DNA from: Nannocystales bacterium
GTDB taxonomy: Bacteria; Myxococcota_A; Polyangia; Nannocystales; Nannocystaceae
Direction of reading: 5' to 3'
Length of the DNA: 64,000 bases
NCBI GenBank assembly: GCA_050633305.1
Contig: JBOEGF010000026.1
Location: 20,600 to 84,599, forward strand
The stretch's first letter is position 1; each line of letters starts with the position of its first letter. The position numbers and the translations under genes are program-made. The notes under the pieces are model-generated. The model ran no database searches, had not been told where the DNA came from, and saw only the letters and a list, made by a program, of their open reading frames with translations. Positions 20,449 to 30,902 of the stretch are shown in pieces.

Positions 20449-21093
20449 ATGGGGGAAGCGACGGACGCCGAGCTGCTGGAGCGGTGGCGAAACGGCGATA
20501 GGAGGGCGTCTGAGGCTCTTACGCGCCGGCACTACGGATCTGTCCTCCGCTACTTCGAGCTCAACGCGAGCTGGGCTGCGGACGATTTGGCTCAGAAGAC
20601 CTTCATGGCGGCGGTGGAGCGGGCCGAGCAAGTCCGGGACGGGGCGGCGTTTCGCGCCTACCTCATGGGGATCGCGCGGCGGCAGCTCGCAATGCATCTA
20701 CGAGAACTGTCGCGCCAAGCTCCCGTCGATGCGTACGACGCCTGCGACAACGGACCCCCGCGGACCAAGCTGAGCACGATCGTCGCGCGCAGCCACGAAC
20801 AACTCCTCGCCTTGCGCGCCCTCGCGAGTCTGCCGCGGCAGCCCCAGCTCCTACTCATCCTCCACTATTGGGAGGCCGTGCGAACCCCTCAGCTCGCCGG
20901 GCACTACGGCGTTCCGGCGAGCACGATCCGGACTCGGCTGGCGCGGGCTCGCGACAAGATGCGTGAACGGATGAAGGTCATGGCCGGTCGGGCACCTCAG
21001 CTTCCCTCCAGCGATGCGGAGCTCGGGGCGCTGTTCTCCGCGCTGACCGTCGACGACATCGCTACGGCCGTCGCGCAGAGAGATGCTCCATGA
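20449..21093 (+). CDS. ECF sigma factor
   Basis: TDAELLERWRNGD, ADDLAQKTF, FRAYLMGIAR, VPASTIRTRLARAR. Likely ATG at 20449 (track start 20425). Confidence 0.85.
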   Translation: MGEATDAELLERWRNGDRRASEALTRRHYGSVLRYFELNASWAADDLAQKTFMAAVERAEQVRDGAAFRAYLMGIARRQLAMHLRELSRQAPVDAYDACDNGPPRTKLSTIVARSHEQLLALRALASLPRQPQLLLILHYWEAVRTPQLAGHYGVPASTIRTRLARARDKMRERMKVMAGRAPQLPSSDAELGALFSALTVDDIATAVAQRDAP

Positions 21094-22502
21094 CTGCCGA
21101 AGCGCCGGGCATGCTGCCGGTCGGTAGCCATGTCGGCCGCTACCAGATCATTCGTCGCCTCGCGCTGGGGGGGATGGCTGAGCTGTACCTGGCGCGACAG
21201 CTGGGTGACGCTGGATATGAAAAGGTCGTCGCACTCAAGCGAGTGCTGCCCCACCTCGCCGAGGACCCTGCATTCGTCACGATGTTCCTCAACGAGGCTC
21301 GTCTGGCATCGGGGTTGAACCACTCGGGCATCGCACAGGTGATCGACTTCGGGACCGAAGCCGGGGAGCACTTCATGACGCTCGAGTATGTGCATGGGCG
21401 TAGCGTGCTGCAGCTCCTGCGCGAGGCCGGGCGTTCGCTTCCTCGGGCCGTGGCGCTGACGATCATTCATGAGGTCGCCGGAGCGCTTCACTACGCTCAC
21501 GAACGCAACGGACCCGACGGTCAGCGGCTGGGGCTGGTCCACCGGGATGTTTCTCCCTCCAACGTGCTGGTCAGCTACGACGGCGACGTGAAGCTCGTCG
21601 ACTTCGGCATCGCCAAGGCCACCGCGCATAGCCAAGCGACGCAGACCGCAGCGATCAAGGGCAAGATCGCCTACATGGCTCCCGAGCAGCTGCGTGGGGA
21701 CACACTGGATCGCCGATCCGACGTGTTCGCGCTGTGCGTGGTGTTGTACGAGTTGGTGCTCGGCAAGCGCTGTTTCTCGGCCCCCGGCGAGTTTGCGCTG
21801 ATCAACCGCGTGGCTGAGGCCCGGTTCACGAAGCCCTCCAAGGTCGATCCCGACATCGAGCCCGAACTCGAGGCGCTGATCTCCGATGGGCTGTCCGCCG
21901 ACCCCGACGGACGGCCAAAGTCCGCTCGAGAGCTGCAGCTGCGGATCGAAGACTTGGCGTCGACGCATGAGCTTCGCTTGTCCAAGGTGGCGCTCGCGGA
22001 GTTCATGGAAAAGACGTTCGGTATCGTGGACTTCCCACGCACCGATGCCCTGCCGCTCCCTGCGGTCTGGCCCGCAGAGCCGGCCCCCGCCGTCGTCGAA
22101 GCGACGCCGATCCGCCGAAGTCGAACCTCGTGGCCCTGGCTCGTCGTGGCCCTGGCCGTGGGCGTGACCGGTGGCATTGCCGCGGTCACGATGACGGGCG
22201 AGCGGCCATCGGAAGCCCCCGCCACAGCCGTAGAAAGCGCGCCTCCACCCTCGCCGGTGCCCTCCGAGCCTCAGCCTGCCCCGGCCGTCGTCGCGCCCCA
22301 AACCACGGAAAACGTGGCGGAAGAGAACACGGCCGAGCCCGAGAAGGACAACGTCATCGTCGAACTCGAGCCCGAGCCTCCAGCCCGTCCGCGCCCGAGC
22401 CGGAAGAAGAAGCGGCGACGTCGAGCTGCGACGAAGGGCAAGCCGGCGGACAAGCCCAGCCTCGACGCCGACTACCTTCCGCCCTCGCGACGTTCGGGCT
22501 GA
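21090..22502 (+). CDS. Membrane-anchored Ser/Thr protein kinase
   Basis: GGMAELY, VALK, HRDVSPSN, DFG, YMAPE, DVF. One TM then a Pro-rich tail. ATGA overlap with the sigma gene. Confidence 0.93.
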   Translation: MTAEAPGMLPVGSHVGRYQIIRRLALGGMAELYLARQLGDAGYEKVVALKRVLPHLAEDPAFVTMFLNEARLASGLNHSGIAQVIDFGTEAGEHFMTLEYVHGRSVLQLLREAGRSLPRAVALTIIHEVAGALHYAHERNGPDGQRLGLVHRDVSPSNVLVSYDGDVKLVDFGIAKATAHSQATQTAAIKGKIAYMAPEQLRGDTLDRRSDVFALCVVLYELVLGKRCFSAPGEFALINRVAEARFTKPSKVDPDIEPELEALISDGLSADPDGRPKSARELQLRIEDLASTHELRLSKVALAEFMEKTFGIVDFPRTDALPLPAVWPAEPAPAVVEATPIRRSRTSWPWLVVALAVGVTGGIAAVTMTGERPSEAPATAVESAPPPSPVPSEPQPAPAVVAPQTTENVAEENTAEPEKDNVIVELEPEPPARPRPSRKKKRRRRAATKGKPADKPSLDADYLPPSRRSG

Positions 22503-22503
22503 G

Positions 22504-23250
22504 GTGCTGTACGGTGCGGGGGCCGTGCTTCGCACTCGGTCCAAGCCTCGGGCTCTCGTGGCCCTCGCGCTCGTCGGCACGCTCGTCCGCGCGTCCACGG
22601 TCACGGCAGCGCCCGCCGTCAGCGAAGACCCCATCGAGCTGATCCGTCAGGGCCGTCATCTCGATGCTGCCGCAGCGTTTGAGCGACAGTACGAGCGCAC
22701 CGGAGACGGCGCGCTGTTGTTCGCGAAGGCGACCGCGCTGCGACGAGGGGGAGATTGCCGTGGCGCGATCGAGACGTTGGAGCGTTTTGTCGAGACCCAA
22801 CCTCCTCAGCCCGATATCGAGGCGGCGCGCGAGGTCATCGACGTCTGCACCGAGATCCTATCGAACGGAGAGCCCGAACCCCTCCCTCCGCCTCCGCCGG
22901 TTCTCGTCGTAGCTCCCGAGTCCGCGGACGCGCCCCCGCCCCGAGAGCGCGCATGGACCCGGGATGTCCCAGGCGGTGTTTTGCTGGGCAGTGGCGTGGC
23001 CGTGACGGTTGGAGGTGTGGTGTTGCTGGGGCTTGCCGCGACACGCAGCCAACCTCGGGAGGAGAGCGAGGCTGGGTTTGAGCGTCGGGACCAGGCGGTC
23101 CGAACCCTCTCTGCGGTTGGTGGGTCCATGGCCGCGGCCGGAGCCGCGCTCTTGATCGGCAGCATCGTCCGCTACACGGTCGTGGCGCGGCGCAGGGAGT
23201 CTCAGCCGACCGCGCGCCTCCGGCTACGCGGAATCCACGCCGTCCGCTGA
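22504..23250 (+). CDS. TPR-like exported/membrane protein (myxobacterial type)
   Basis: Signal-like N-terminus, helical repeat (HLDAAAAFERQY...LLF..A.ALR..GDC..AI), Pro linker, two hydrophobic segments. Confidence 0.65.
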   Translation: MLYGAGAVLRTRSKPRALVALALVGTLVRASTVTAAPAVSEDPIELIRQGRHLDAAAAFERQYERTGDGALLFAKATALRRGGDCRGAIETLERFVETQPPQPDIEAAREVIDVCTEILSNGEPEPLPPPPPVLVVAPESADAPPPRERAWTRDVPGGVLLGSGVAVTVGGVVLLGLAATRSQPREESEAGFERRDQAVRTLSAVGGSMAAAGAALLIGSIVRYTVVARRRESQPTARLRLRGIHAVR

Positions 23251-23280
23251 ATCGCGCTTTCGCGGAGACGTCTACTCGCC

Positions 23281-23778
23281 GTGCGGACCTTTCAGCGACG
23301 CTCTCGAGCCATCTGCTTTGTGCTGGACACGGTTGCGTTCTGTGCGGTGTGGGCGCTGGCAGGGAGCTTGATCTTGGAGGTGTTGGCGGTTGTCTCCCCC
23401 GACAACCCGTGGGGCTCGCTGGCGTTCGCGATCGCCTTCGGGTTTGTAGGAGCGGCGGTGGGACTCGCGCTGGTGGAGGCGAAATGCGGGCACACCCTCG
23501 GTCGGCAGTTCACCGGCCTCGTCGTGGTCGGGGCCGACGCAAACCCGCTCTCGGGCCGTCGGGTGGTCCTGCGTGCGCTCATCAAGTTGGGCGTGCTGGG
23601 CCTGGTGGCTCACGTCGCCGCAGATCTCGATGGTGCCGGCGCCCTGTTCGTGTTGTTCGGCTACGCGCTCGTCAACGCGGCGGTCTGCGCACTTCGCAGT
23701 GACGGGCGGGGACTCATCGACCTCTTGGCTGGGACCCAGTCGACGGTGCCGCAGGCGGTGGGCGGGGCTCCGCTCTAA
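23281..23778 (+). CDS. RDD family membrane protein
   Basis: R..A...D, GHTLGRQFTGLVVV, R...R, GRGLIDLLAGT. Confidence 0.75.
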   Translation: MRTFQRRSRAICFVLDTVAFCAVWALAGSLILEVLAVVSPDNPWGSLAFAIAFGFVGAAVGLALVEAKCGHTLGRQFTGLVVVGADANPLSGRRVVLRALIKLGVLGLVAHVAADLDGAGALFVLFGYALVNAAVCALRSDGRGLIDLLAGTQSTVPQAVGGAPL

Positions 23779-24698
23779 CCCGCGACGCCCTCGCCAAGCA
23801 CCTCGAGGAACTCGGCGATCGACATCTCTCCGGGTTCCCGGAGTGCGTTGCGGACGGGCTCGTCCAGTTTCTCCCACGCTGACTTGCGCGAGCTCTCTGA
23901 GCTCGTCTCCGTTCGCCAGATCTTCTGGTTTTGGGAGTGCGGCGCAGCCATGGATACGAGCAGCTTGCTGTCCGGGGCGCCGGGGATGACCAAGACGCGT
24001 TGCGACGCGACGTCCCAGAATGCGGACACGGGTCCTTGGCTCTTGGGCAGCCGGGCCTCGACCGCCGCGGTCCAGAACGAGAGCTCCACGTCACTGGTCA
24101 CCGTCGCATCGATCGCCGTGGGGCGTCCGGGTCCGTCTCGCCGGGATTGCTCGCAGGCCCGCTGAAGCACGTTGATCCCGTACGCGCGCTCGGCCGGGTC
24201 GACGAAGATGCGGGAGAGCACCTGCTCGACACCGACGGTCCGTAGGGCCTCGGCACTGGTGGCCCGTCCTTCCTTGATCGTGCTCCCGCCGGGCTTTTGG
24301 ACTCTGGCGACCGCCGACTTCAGAGAGTCTCGCGAGGTCTCGAGCGCTGTCATCGCCAGCATGGAGAGCTGGGTGAGGGCAGGGCGAAACGCCTCGGCGA
24401 GCAGCGACACCGCGGTCGTTTCGACGACTCCGTACTCGCAGTACACGGCGAGCGGGAAGTTGCGGCCGACTTTGTCGCGGCTGCCGACGATGACGCCGAT
24501 CAGCAGGGAGTGCGCGTCTTCGTCTCGGTAGCAGAAACCCAACGGTGTGGAGGAGAGCTTGACCGCGGCGCGGGCGAGCTGATCGTTGGCCATCTGCAGC
24601 CACCGCTCAAACGAGCGATCGGTCGCGCCGCTCGAACCGATTCGGATGAACTCGGGGTAGGACGGGATCTTGCCAAAAACGCCGATACCGATCGTCAT
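23775..24698 (-). CDS. tagF: T6SS-associated protein TagF
   Basis: GVFGKIPSYPEFI, SRDKVGRNFPL (DUF2094 motifs); lies downstream of tssM/tssK. Confidence 0.88.
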   Translation of the reverse strand: MTIGIGVFGKIPSYPEFIRIGSSGATDRSFERWLQMANDQLARAAVKLSSTPLGFCYRDEDAHSLLIGVIVGSRDKVGRNFPLAVYCEYGVVETTAVSLLAEAFRPALTQLSMLAMTALETSRDSLKSAVARVQKPGGSTIKEGRATSAEALRTVGVEQVLSRIFVDPAERAYGINVLQRACEQSRRDGPGRPTAIDATVTSDVELSFWTAAVEARLPKSQGPVSAFWDVASQRVLVIPGAPDSKLLVSMAAPHSQNQKIWRTETSSESSRKSAWEKLDEPVRNALREPGEMSIAEFLEVLGEGVAG

Positions 24699-24749
24699 GG
24701 GTCACCCCCGAGTTGCACGCGACTGCTGCTCCACTGTTTCATCGGCTTC

Positions 24750-26126
24750 TCATTTCCGGGACACCGTGGGAATGGCAAACAGGCGGGCTTTCGCGCGGCT
24801 GGAGTCGAACGGTGGGGGGAGGAAGATGGCGATCGTCTTCTCGCGGAGAATCTGCTCCCAGTATTCGTGCGAGGTATCGATGACGAAGTAGACCTCGTGC
24901 GGCCGGATCGGGACTTCGGGGGGCGGACGGTGGGACGCCTTGATCGGTGCCCCGGGGATCGCGGAGCGGACGATCTTGGGAATCTGCTTCCACGACGCGA
25001 CCTTGGACAGGTGCGGGACTCGGTTGGCGACCTCCTGCTGGGGCGCGTTGGCATCGAGCGCGAGCACGAACACCGGGCAGTCCAGCAGCCGCTGGTCCTT
25101 GAGCATCGCGATCCACATGCCGTCGCGTCGCGCTTCGAGCGTGACCTCGAGGAAGTTCTCGGCCATCGCAAGCTCGAGCAGGGAGCGAAGCTTGCTGAAC
25201 AGCTCGGAGAAGGTCTCGCGGAGGTCGCCGTGGCTGTAGGTCGGAAGCTCCTCGGGGGCGATGTCCGCCGAGAACGTGGTGAGGTGCCCCGCGAGCTGGC
25301 TGAGGGTCTTGTACAGCTCGAAGGGGGTGGACTCGGGAGATTCGGAGAAGTGGCGGACGACAGGGATCTGCGCCGCGATGGCGGCGAGCTGCAGCGAACG
25401 GGTCACGTCCTGTGCGGTGTACTCCACGCGGGACGAGTCGACCTGCCGCAGTGCGCCCGAGATGGCGCGACGCTTGGCGACCATCAGCTTGAGCAGATCC
25501 GAGGTCCATGTCCGAAGCGCCTTCGCGCCCGAGAGCCGCTGGCAAGTCGGAACGAAGTCGGTGGTGAGCTCGAACCCGCCGGAGTCATCGCGCCGAAGCT
25601 CGGCGATCTTGATGACGTGAAAGTGGTCTCGGTTCTCGCTCCCGAACAGGATGACGAGCTTGGGCCGGGCGAACGAGACGCTCACTTCCGTCGCGGCGTC
25701 GACGAGGTCGAGGACATCCCGGGACCACATCTCAAAACTTCGCGGGGTGGATCCGGCGTCGGCGGGGCCGTAGTTCTCCGAGCCCTCCTGTGCGTGCGGA
25801 ACCCCGGCGAAGACTTCGAGTACGGCGGCGGTTGATTCGAACGCGGAGCCGACCGGTCGAGTGCCGGGCAGTCCCGGATCGCCCTCGTCCAGGTCGACGG
25901 CGATGCCTCCGGGGAGCACCGCTTGGATCGACTTGATGCCGAACTCTCCGGTCTTGAGCGCCACCGGGTCCAGCTCCAGCTTGGTCAGCCCCCACGCGTA
26001 CGCGTTCGGCCACGTCGACCGCGCTTCGACAAGCTCGTGGAAGTAGAGCTCTTGTTGCTGAAAGTGCTGCGGGCAGACGAGAAGCCCCTCGCCCCACACG
26101 ACTCTATGTGCACGCCGTTTGGCCAT
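24750..26126 (-). CDS. tssK: T6SS baseplate subunit TssK
   Basis: VVWGEGLLVCPQHFQQQ, WG...LELD, FVPT, P.ELY..L.QLAG.L, YSHGDL, ALPG-like AIPG, HRPPPEVP. Confidence 0.93.
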   Translation of the reverse strand: MAKRRAHRVVWGEGLLVCPQHFQQQELYFHELVEARSTWPNAYAWGLTKLELDPVALKTGEFGIKSIQAVLPGGIAVDLDEGDPGLPGTRPVGSAFESTAAVLEVFAGVPHAQEGSENYGPADAGSTPRSFEMWSRDVLDLVDAATEVSVSFARPKLVILFGSENRDHFHVIKIAELRRDDSGGFELTTDFVPTCQRLSGAKALRTWTSDLLKLMVAKRRAISGALRQVDSSRVEYTAQDVTRSLQLAAIAAQIPVVRHFSESPESTPFELYKTLSQLAGHLTTFSADIAPEELPTYSHGDLRETFSELFSKLRSLLELAMAENFLEVTLEARRDGMWIAMLKDQRLLDCPVFVLALDANAPQQEVANRVPHLSKVASWKQIPKIVRSAIPGAPIKASHRPPPEVPIRPHEVYFVIDTSHEYWEQILREKTIAIFLPPPFDSSRAKARLFAIPTVSRK

Positions 26127-26264
26127 CAGTTCTGCTTCTTCTGGGAACGAGCGGCGCGTCTACGCAACGGACTTCCCAGACCCGCCCATCATAGACATCC
26201 CCGGCGCACGGAGAGAAGGTGAAATGACGCCTCCGCGGTCGTTTCGAGTCGCCGCCCCGCTCGG

Positions 26265-29200
26265 CTAGCGCCTGCAGGGGGTGCCGCGGGCGATGATTGA
26301 GCGGGGAGGCCGGACAGCTCCGGTCCTGAAGATCGACATGAACTTGCTGCTGCCCCCAAGCCCGAAGAAGGGCGTGTGCACGCTGCGGGCCTCGAAAATG
26401 ATCTCCAGCGTGCCCAGCTTGGCCCCAGAGAAGTCCCAGACCGCCTTGAACTTGCGGGTGCCGGGCTTTCCGCGGACGACTTTGCCCTGCTCGAGCAGTT
26501 GCATCAGCCCCCACTCGCCCCGGAACTCCAGGCTGTCTTTCGTGCTGAAGCCGAAGACCTCGAGCGTGGCGCCCGGGGACTTCTCTCCGGGCCACTGCAT
26601 CTCATGGGGCGTGAGCGGGCCCGTGCGATAGGTGACGGTCTCGCCGTCGATCGTGAAGTTTGCCTTCGTGATCGCGGGTGAGCCCTTGATGGTCACCTCG
26701 AACTCGACGAGCGGCTCGTCGGACCCCCGCGGGAACATCGACTTGGAGATTTGCTCGCTGGCGTTGAGGAAGTCGACGGTCGTGCCGTGGAAGGTGCTGC
26801 TGGATGTTCCCCGGGGAGCGAGGACGAACTTCTTGCCCCGACGTGGGATCGCAGGCTCGAGAACCTTCTCGTAGAAGTCCCAGAGCGAGCCGGTCTTGGG
26901 GTGGTAGAAATCCGTCAGGTCGTCGAGCGCGACCGGCTCTCCCTTGGGGTTGAACGGGTAGCCTTGGGCGAGCGTGTCGCCGAAGTCGGCGTGGACCTCG
27001 CTGCACCACTTGCCCATGACTCCGGCGGCGACCTTCGTCTTCGCCGTCGAGCCGGAAAGGTCGATCGGTGGCAACAGCAGCCGTTCGAGGGTCGGCGCCC
27101 AGATGTTGCTCGTCTCCGCCGAGAGCAGAGACTTCGTCTTGGACCGCGCCTTCTTGATCTTCTCGGTGGTGTTGTCCTTGGCGTCCGGATCAGCGAGCTC
27201 GGCCTCCATCGCATCCCGAACGTAGCGGAGCTGCTCTTGGTACTCGTCCAGCGGCTTCACGGTTGGGGGAGGGGGCGGCGCGCCATCGACGGCTGGCGGT
27301 GCCGGCTCGGCCACCGCAAAGTCCGTGAGCGGCTTGAAGTACTGGTAGACGGTGTACTCCGAGGCGACCGCGACATCGTTCGGGTCGGCCACGGCTTGTC
27401 GCTTCATGGCGTTGTCCGCAGCGATGTCGATCAGCTGGGTGCTGAGTCCCAGCTTCCCCGCGCCTGAGCTCGTGACGAGCTTCTGGCCCTTCTGCGTGGC
27501 GACGCGTTTTCCGGCGCTCTGAAGTGCGGTCTTGAGAGGATCGTTTCCCTCTCCCGGGGCACCGCCTGCGGCAAGCTCGGCAGGGTCGAACAAGGTCGTG
27601 TGGTGGGCGACGTACTGGAAGAGCCGGGGGTAGGGGTCTTTGCGGGTGAGATCCCGCAGCAGCTCGAGCGTGTCGGTGTAGCCCTTGCCTCCGGGTGTTT
27701 GCACATTGACGGCCTCGATGAAGGTTCGCCACTCGTGCATGTACAGCCGGTAGTACTCCGACTGGATCGCGATGACCTCCTGCTCCTCGAGCTCTTCGGC
27801 GAGTCCGACGCCCTGTGCCAGGACCCACGTGGGGTCCAAGAACGCTTCGATGCCCGTCTTGAACAGGGGCTGCACCTGGTTCTTGAACCCCTTTCTGGTG
27901 AAGGCCGGGCGAATCTTCTTGCCGTCGTTGGTGACCGCAGGGACCTGAAACATGCTGGTCAGCGTCAGGGCAGGTCCGGTCACGGAGTCGACGATGTGGT
28001 TGGTGATCGCCTCGGTCCGATCGACGCGCGAAAGGACATCTCGTGCGAGCTGAACGACATCCTCATCGCGAGGGAAGGCAAGGTCGGGTCGCGAAGCGAG
28101 CAAGCGCAGGTAGGTCGAAGCGACCTTGTCGATGCTTTCCCGACTGGTGGGCTCGCCCGAGAGCAGGATGGGCGCCTCCCAAAGGTTGCCCAGGTGGTCT
28201 GTCAGCCACGCGGCTTCCTCTTCGTCGAGTCCCGGTTCGGAGGCCTCTGGAGGGCCCGAGGTGAGCAGGTACATCCGCAGCCGCGCAAAGTTGTCCTCGT
28301 ACTCCTCGAGCGAGGGGGTCTTGTCGTTCATCTTGTAGCGTTGGACGAACCGATCCAACGCCTCGAGTTCGCGTCCCGCGACGGGGATGTGGAGTTCCCG
28401 TCGGACGGTGTCGATGAAGACGTCCCGGAGGCGGGGATACATTCGTCCGCCCTGGTACATGCCCATCCGCATCGACCACGGCGGACCATCCTCGTCGTAG
28501 GTCTGGAGCATGTCGACCATCCGCCGGAGCGGCTCGATGCGCTCCATGGGGATGACGTCGCCTGAATCCTCTGCGAGGTGTTGCTCGACGTACGCGAGGG
28601 AAGTTCCGCCCTGCCCGAGGACGTCCCGGTTGTGGCGGTAGGACATCAGCGGCAGGACGACCGTGGCGATCGCGGCCACGAGGGCGACGGCTCCGGCAAT
28701 GGTTCCGCCGATGCGGAGCTTGCGGGTGCGGCGTCGGTTATGCCGAACCAGGGCGTAGTCGGGGAAGATGACGCGCCGGAAGATCTCGCCGAGGAAGTAG
28801 CTCTTCGCATCGACGGGCGCCACGGTTGCACCGCCGATGGTGGGGCGCAGACCGAACGCTTCGGAGATGGCGCTCATGATGCGCCCCAGCGGTCGACCCT
28901 CTTGGGTACCACTGGTCATGTAGACGCCGCGGAGGATCGGGGTCTCGTGATAGATGTTCGGCTCGGTCATCTCGTGCATGAACCGAGCGATCGGCTCACG
29001 CAGCGAGGCGAAGTATTGAGGAAGCTCGTGCAGCCGCTCGCGACGGGCCATGCTTCGCTCCTCGGCCAGACGACGGAGCGTGCGCTTTTCGAGCAACGAG
29101 CTGAGCTCGTCGAGATGCTCGCTGCACTGATCCGCGATCGAGAGCTGGTCGGACACCTTGAGGGTGAAGCCCCACATCTGGTGCCGCTCCACCTCACTCA

Positions 29201-29984
29201 GGTCGGAGAACATCTCCACGAAGCCCGGCAAGAGGTCGCATTTGGTGAACATCATGTAGACCGGGACGACAACGCCCAGCCGGTCTTGAAGCTCATCGAT
29301 GCGGGCCCGAATCTCGCGCGCCAAGGTGGCGATCTCTTCGGGGTGCGCTTCGGCGATGTCGGCCACGCTGACCGCCGCGATCACGCCGTTGATCGGACGC
29401 CGCGTCCGGTACTTTCGAAGCAGATCCAAGAACGCGAACCACTCGTCGCGGTCGGTGTTCTCGGTCGTGTAACGCCCTGCGGTGTCCAGGATGACGGCTT
29501 CGGACGTCATCCACCACTCGCAGTTCCGGGTACCGCCCACGCCTTGAACGCTCACCCCGCCCCGGTTGCTGGAGAAGGGGAACTTCAGGCCCGAGTTGCG
29601 CAGCGCGGTGCTCTTGCCGACGCCGGGTGGCCCAACGATGACGTACCAGGGCAGGGAGTACAGCGCGCTGGAGGCTCCGCGAGCGCCCAAGCGAGACGAC
29701 TTCAGCGCACCGATCGCCCGCGCGAACTCTTCTTGCATCGAGCGGATGTCGGCCTCGAGGTCGGGGCGGGCCGAGCGTGCCTGGTCTTCGGCCTGGGCTC
29801 GCAGTGCGCGCTCGATCTCCTTGCTGGCTTTTCGACTTCGCGCAAAACGAATGCCCAGCACCGTCGCGATGACCAGCGTGGTGATCGCCGTGACGATGCC
29901 CGCGTAGTAGTAGGGCAGCTCGAAGTACGCGACACCGGCCCAGGTCGCCGCGAGGAAGAGCGTGATGAAGACGCCTTTGAGCAT
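26265..29984 (-). CDS. tssM: T6SS membrane subunit TssM (IcmF)
   Basis: LPWYVIVGPPGVGKST, GTRNCEWW, DTAGRY, RPINGVI, PVYMMFTKCDLLPGF, RGVYMTSGTQEG, YPF, GEWGL. Confidence 0.96.
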   Translation of the reverse strand: MLKGVFITLFLAATWAGVAYFELPYYYAGIVTAITTLVIATVLGIRFARSRKASKEIERALRAQAEDQARSARPDLEADIRSMQEEFARAIGALKSSRLGARGASSALYSLPWYVIVGPPGVGKSTALRNSGLKFPFSSNRGGVSVQGVGGTRNCEWWMTSEAVILDTAGRYTTENTDRDEWFAFLDLLRKYRTRRPINGVIAAVSVADIAEAHPEEIATLAREIRARIDELQDRLGVVVPVYMMFTKCDLLPGFVEMFSDLSEVERHQMWGFTLKVSDQLSIADQCSEHLDELSSLLEKRTLRRLAEERSMARRERLHELPQYFASLREPIARFMHEMTEPNIYHETPILRGVYMTSGTQEGRPLGRIMSAISEAFGLRPTIGGATVAPVDAKSYFLGEIFRRVIFPDYALVRHNRRRTRKLRIGGTIAGAVALVAAIATVVLPLMSYRHNRDVLGQGGTSLAYVEQHLAEDSGDVIPMERIEPLRRMVDMLQTYDEDGPPWSMRMGMYQGGRMYPRLRDVFIDTVRRELHIPVAGRELEALDRFVQRYKMNDKTPSLEEYEDNFARLRMYLLTSGPPEASEPGLDEEEAAWLTDHLGNLWEAPILLSGEPTSRESIDKVASTYLRLLASRPDLAFPRDEDVVQLARDVLSRVDRTEAITNHIVDSVTGPALTLTSMFQVPAVTNDGKKIRPAFTRKGFKNQVQPLFKTGIEAFLDPTWVLAQGVGLAEELEEQEVIAIQSEYYRLYMHEWRTFIEAVNVQTPGGKGYTDTLELLRDLTRKDPYPRLFQYVAHHTTLFDPAELAAGGAPGEGNDPLKTALQSAGKRVATQKGQKLVTSSGAGKLGLSTQLIDIAADNAMKRQAVADPNDVAVASEYTVYQYFKPLTDFAVAEPAPPAVDGAPPPPPTVKPLDEYQEQLRYVRDAMEAELADPDAKDNTTEKIKKARSKTKSLLSAETSNIWAPTLERLLLPPIDLSGSTAKTKVAAGVMGKWCSEVHADFGDTLAQGYPFNPKGEPVALDDLTDFYHPKTGSLWDFYEKVLEPAIPRRGKKFVLAPRGTSSSTFHGTTVDFLNASEQISKSMFPRGSDEPLVEFEVTIKGSPAITKANFTIDGETVTYRTGPLTPHEMQWPGEKSPGATLEVFGFSTKDSLEFRGEWGLMQLLEQGKVVRGKPGTRKFKAVWDFSGAKLGTLEIIFEARSVHTPFFGLGGSSKFMSIFRTGAVRPPRSIIARGTPCRR

Positions 29985-30709
29985 TAGGGGCTGCCTTCCT
30001 TGCCGTTTTTCGAAGCGGTGGCCGCGGCCGGGTCACCGGCGGAGCGATCCAAGATGCCGCGTCCGCGAGCATCGATGTCGTCGGTCATCCCGTTGAGGGA
30101 GATCCGCAGTGCGATGATGAAACAAACGGAGAACAGCAGCGCGAACAGCCCGATCCACAGGACGAGAAAGTCCATGCTTCTGGACTGCATGCTCTCCCGG
30201 CGTGGCAGGTGGCTGCGCGAGACCGGCTCGGCGTTGAGGAGCCGACCCAGCGCATCTCGGACCCGACGCCGGATCAGGTCGAGCTCGAGCTCGCCGCCTC
30301 GAACCGCGTATCGGCCTTCGAATCCGAAGCTCAGCACCATGTGGTAGACCGACAGGACTTCGACGCGGCTTGGGTCGTGCAGGATCCGGTTGAGCCGCTC
30401 GAAGAAGCCGTCTCCAGCCACGTTCTCCCCGAAGTAGCGCAGCTGCAGTGGGCGTTGGGCCCAGTGGTCTCGCAGGGGGCCCGGCTTCATCTGCGCGAGC
30501 TCGTCGGCGTGGGCGACGATGGCGTACATGATGTCGGCCAAGTCGCTCTCGGCCATCCGGGTGCTCTTGCCGCGCTCGATCGCCTCGTCGACGTAGGCTT
30601 GGAGCCGCTGATAGACGTGTTCGGGTCGTGCACCCGCACCTTGACCGACGCTCCTCAATTGAATGAGGGCGTTGAAACAGTCCTTGGTGACCTCATTGAT
30701 ACGGTTCAC
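29984..30709 (-). CDS. tssL: T6SS protein TssL (DotU), no OmpA domain
   Basis: Likely GTG at 30709. YAIVAHADE, W..RPLQL.YFGENVAGDGFF, LSFGFEGRY, C-terminal TM. Confidence 0.92.
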   Translation of the reverse strand: MNRINEVTKDCFNALIQLRSVGQGAGARPEHVYQRLQAYVDEAIERGKSTRMAESDLADIMYAIVAHADELAQMKPGPLRDHWAQRPLQLRYFGENVAGDGFFERLNRILHDPSRVEVLSVYHMVLSFGFEGRYAVRGGELELDLIRRRVRDALGRLLNAEPVSRSHLPRRESMQSRSMDFLVLWIGLFALLFSVCFIIALRISLNGMTDDIDARGRGILDRSAGDPAAATASKNGKEGSP

Positions 30710-30902
30710 TGCCGGTTCCCGAGTGTCCCACACCCATCCTCGCCCCGAAACCCGGCGCATTGCGCGGGTTGGGCCCGAGACCCCTGTACAGCGGTGCACG
30801 CACGCGCTCGTTGCGGGGTTTCCCTCCGCTGAAACGAGCTGGGTTGGGGTTCCACGACACGAGCACGACGTGCCCGTTTAGGGCACTCTTCTGGTCGATC
30901 TG

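Noticed and set aside
28578..29987. Long antisense/alternative-frame ORFs (also 4170-5555, 9503-11227, 12752-14356, 16940-18652, 58166-59887, 61203-62960)
   Set aside because: Shadow ORFs expected in high-GC DNA opposite well-supported genes; no motifs.
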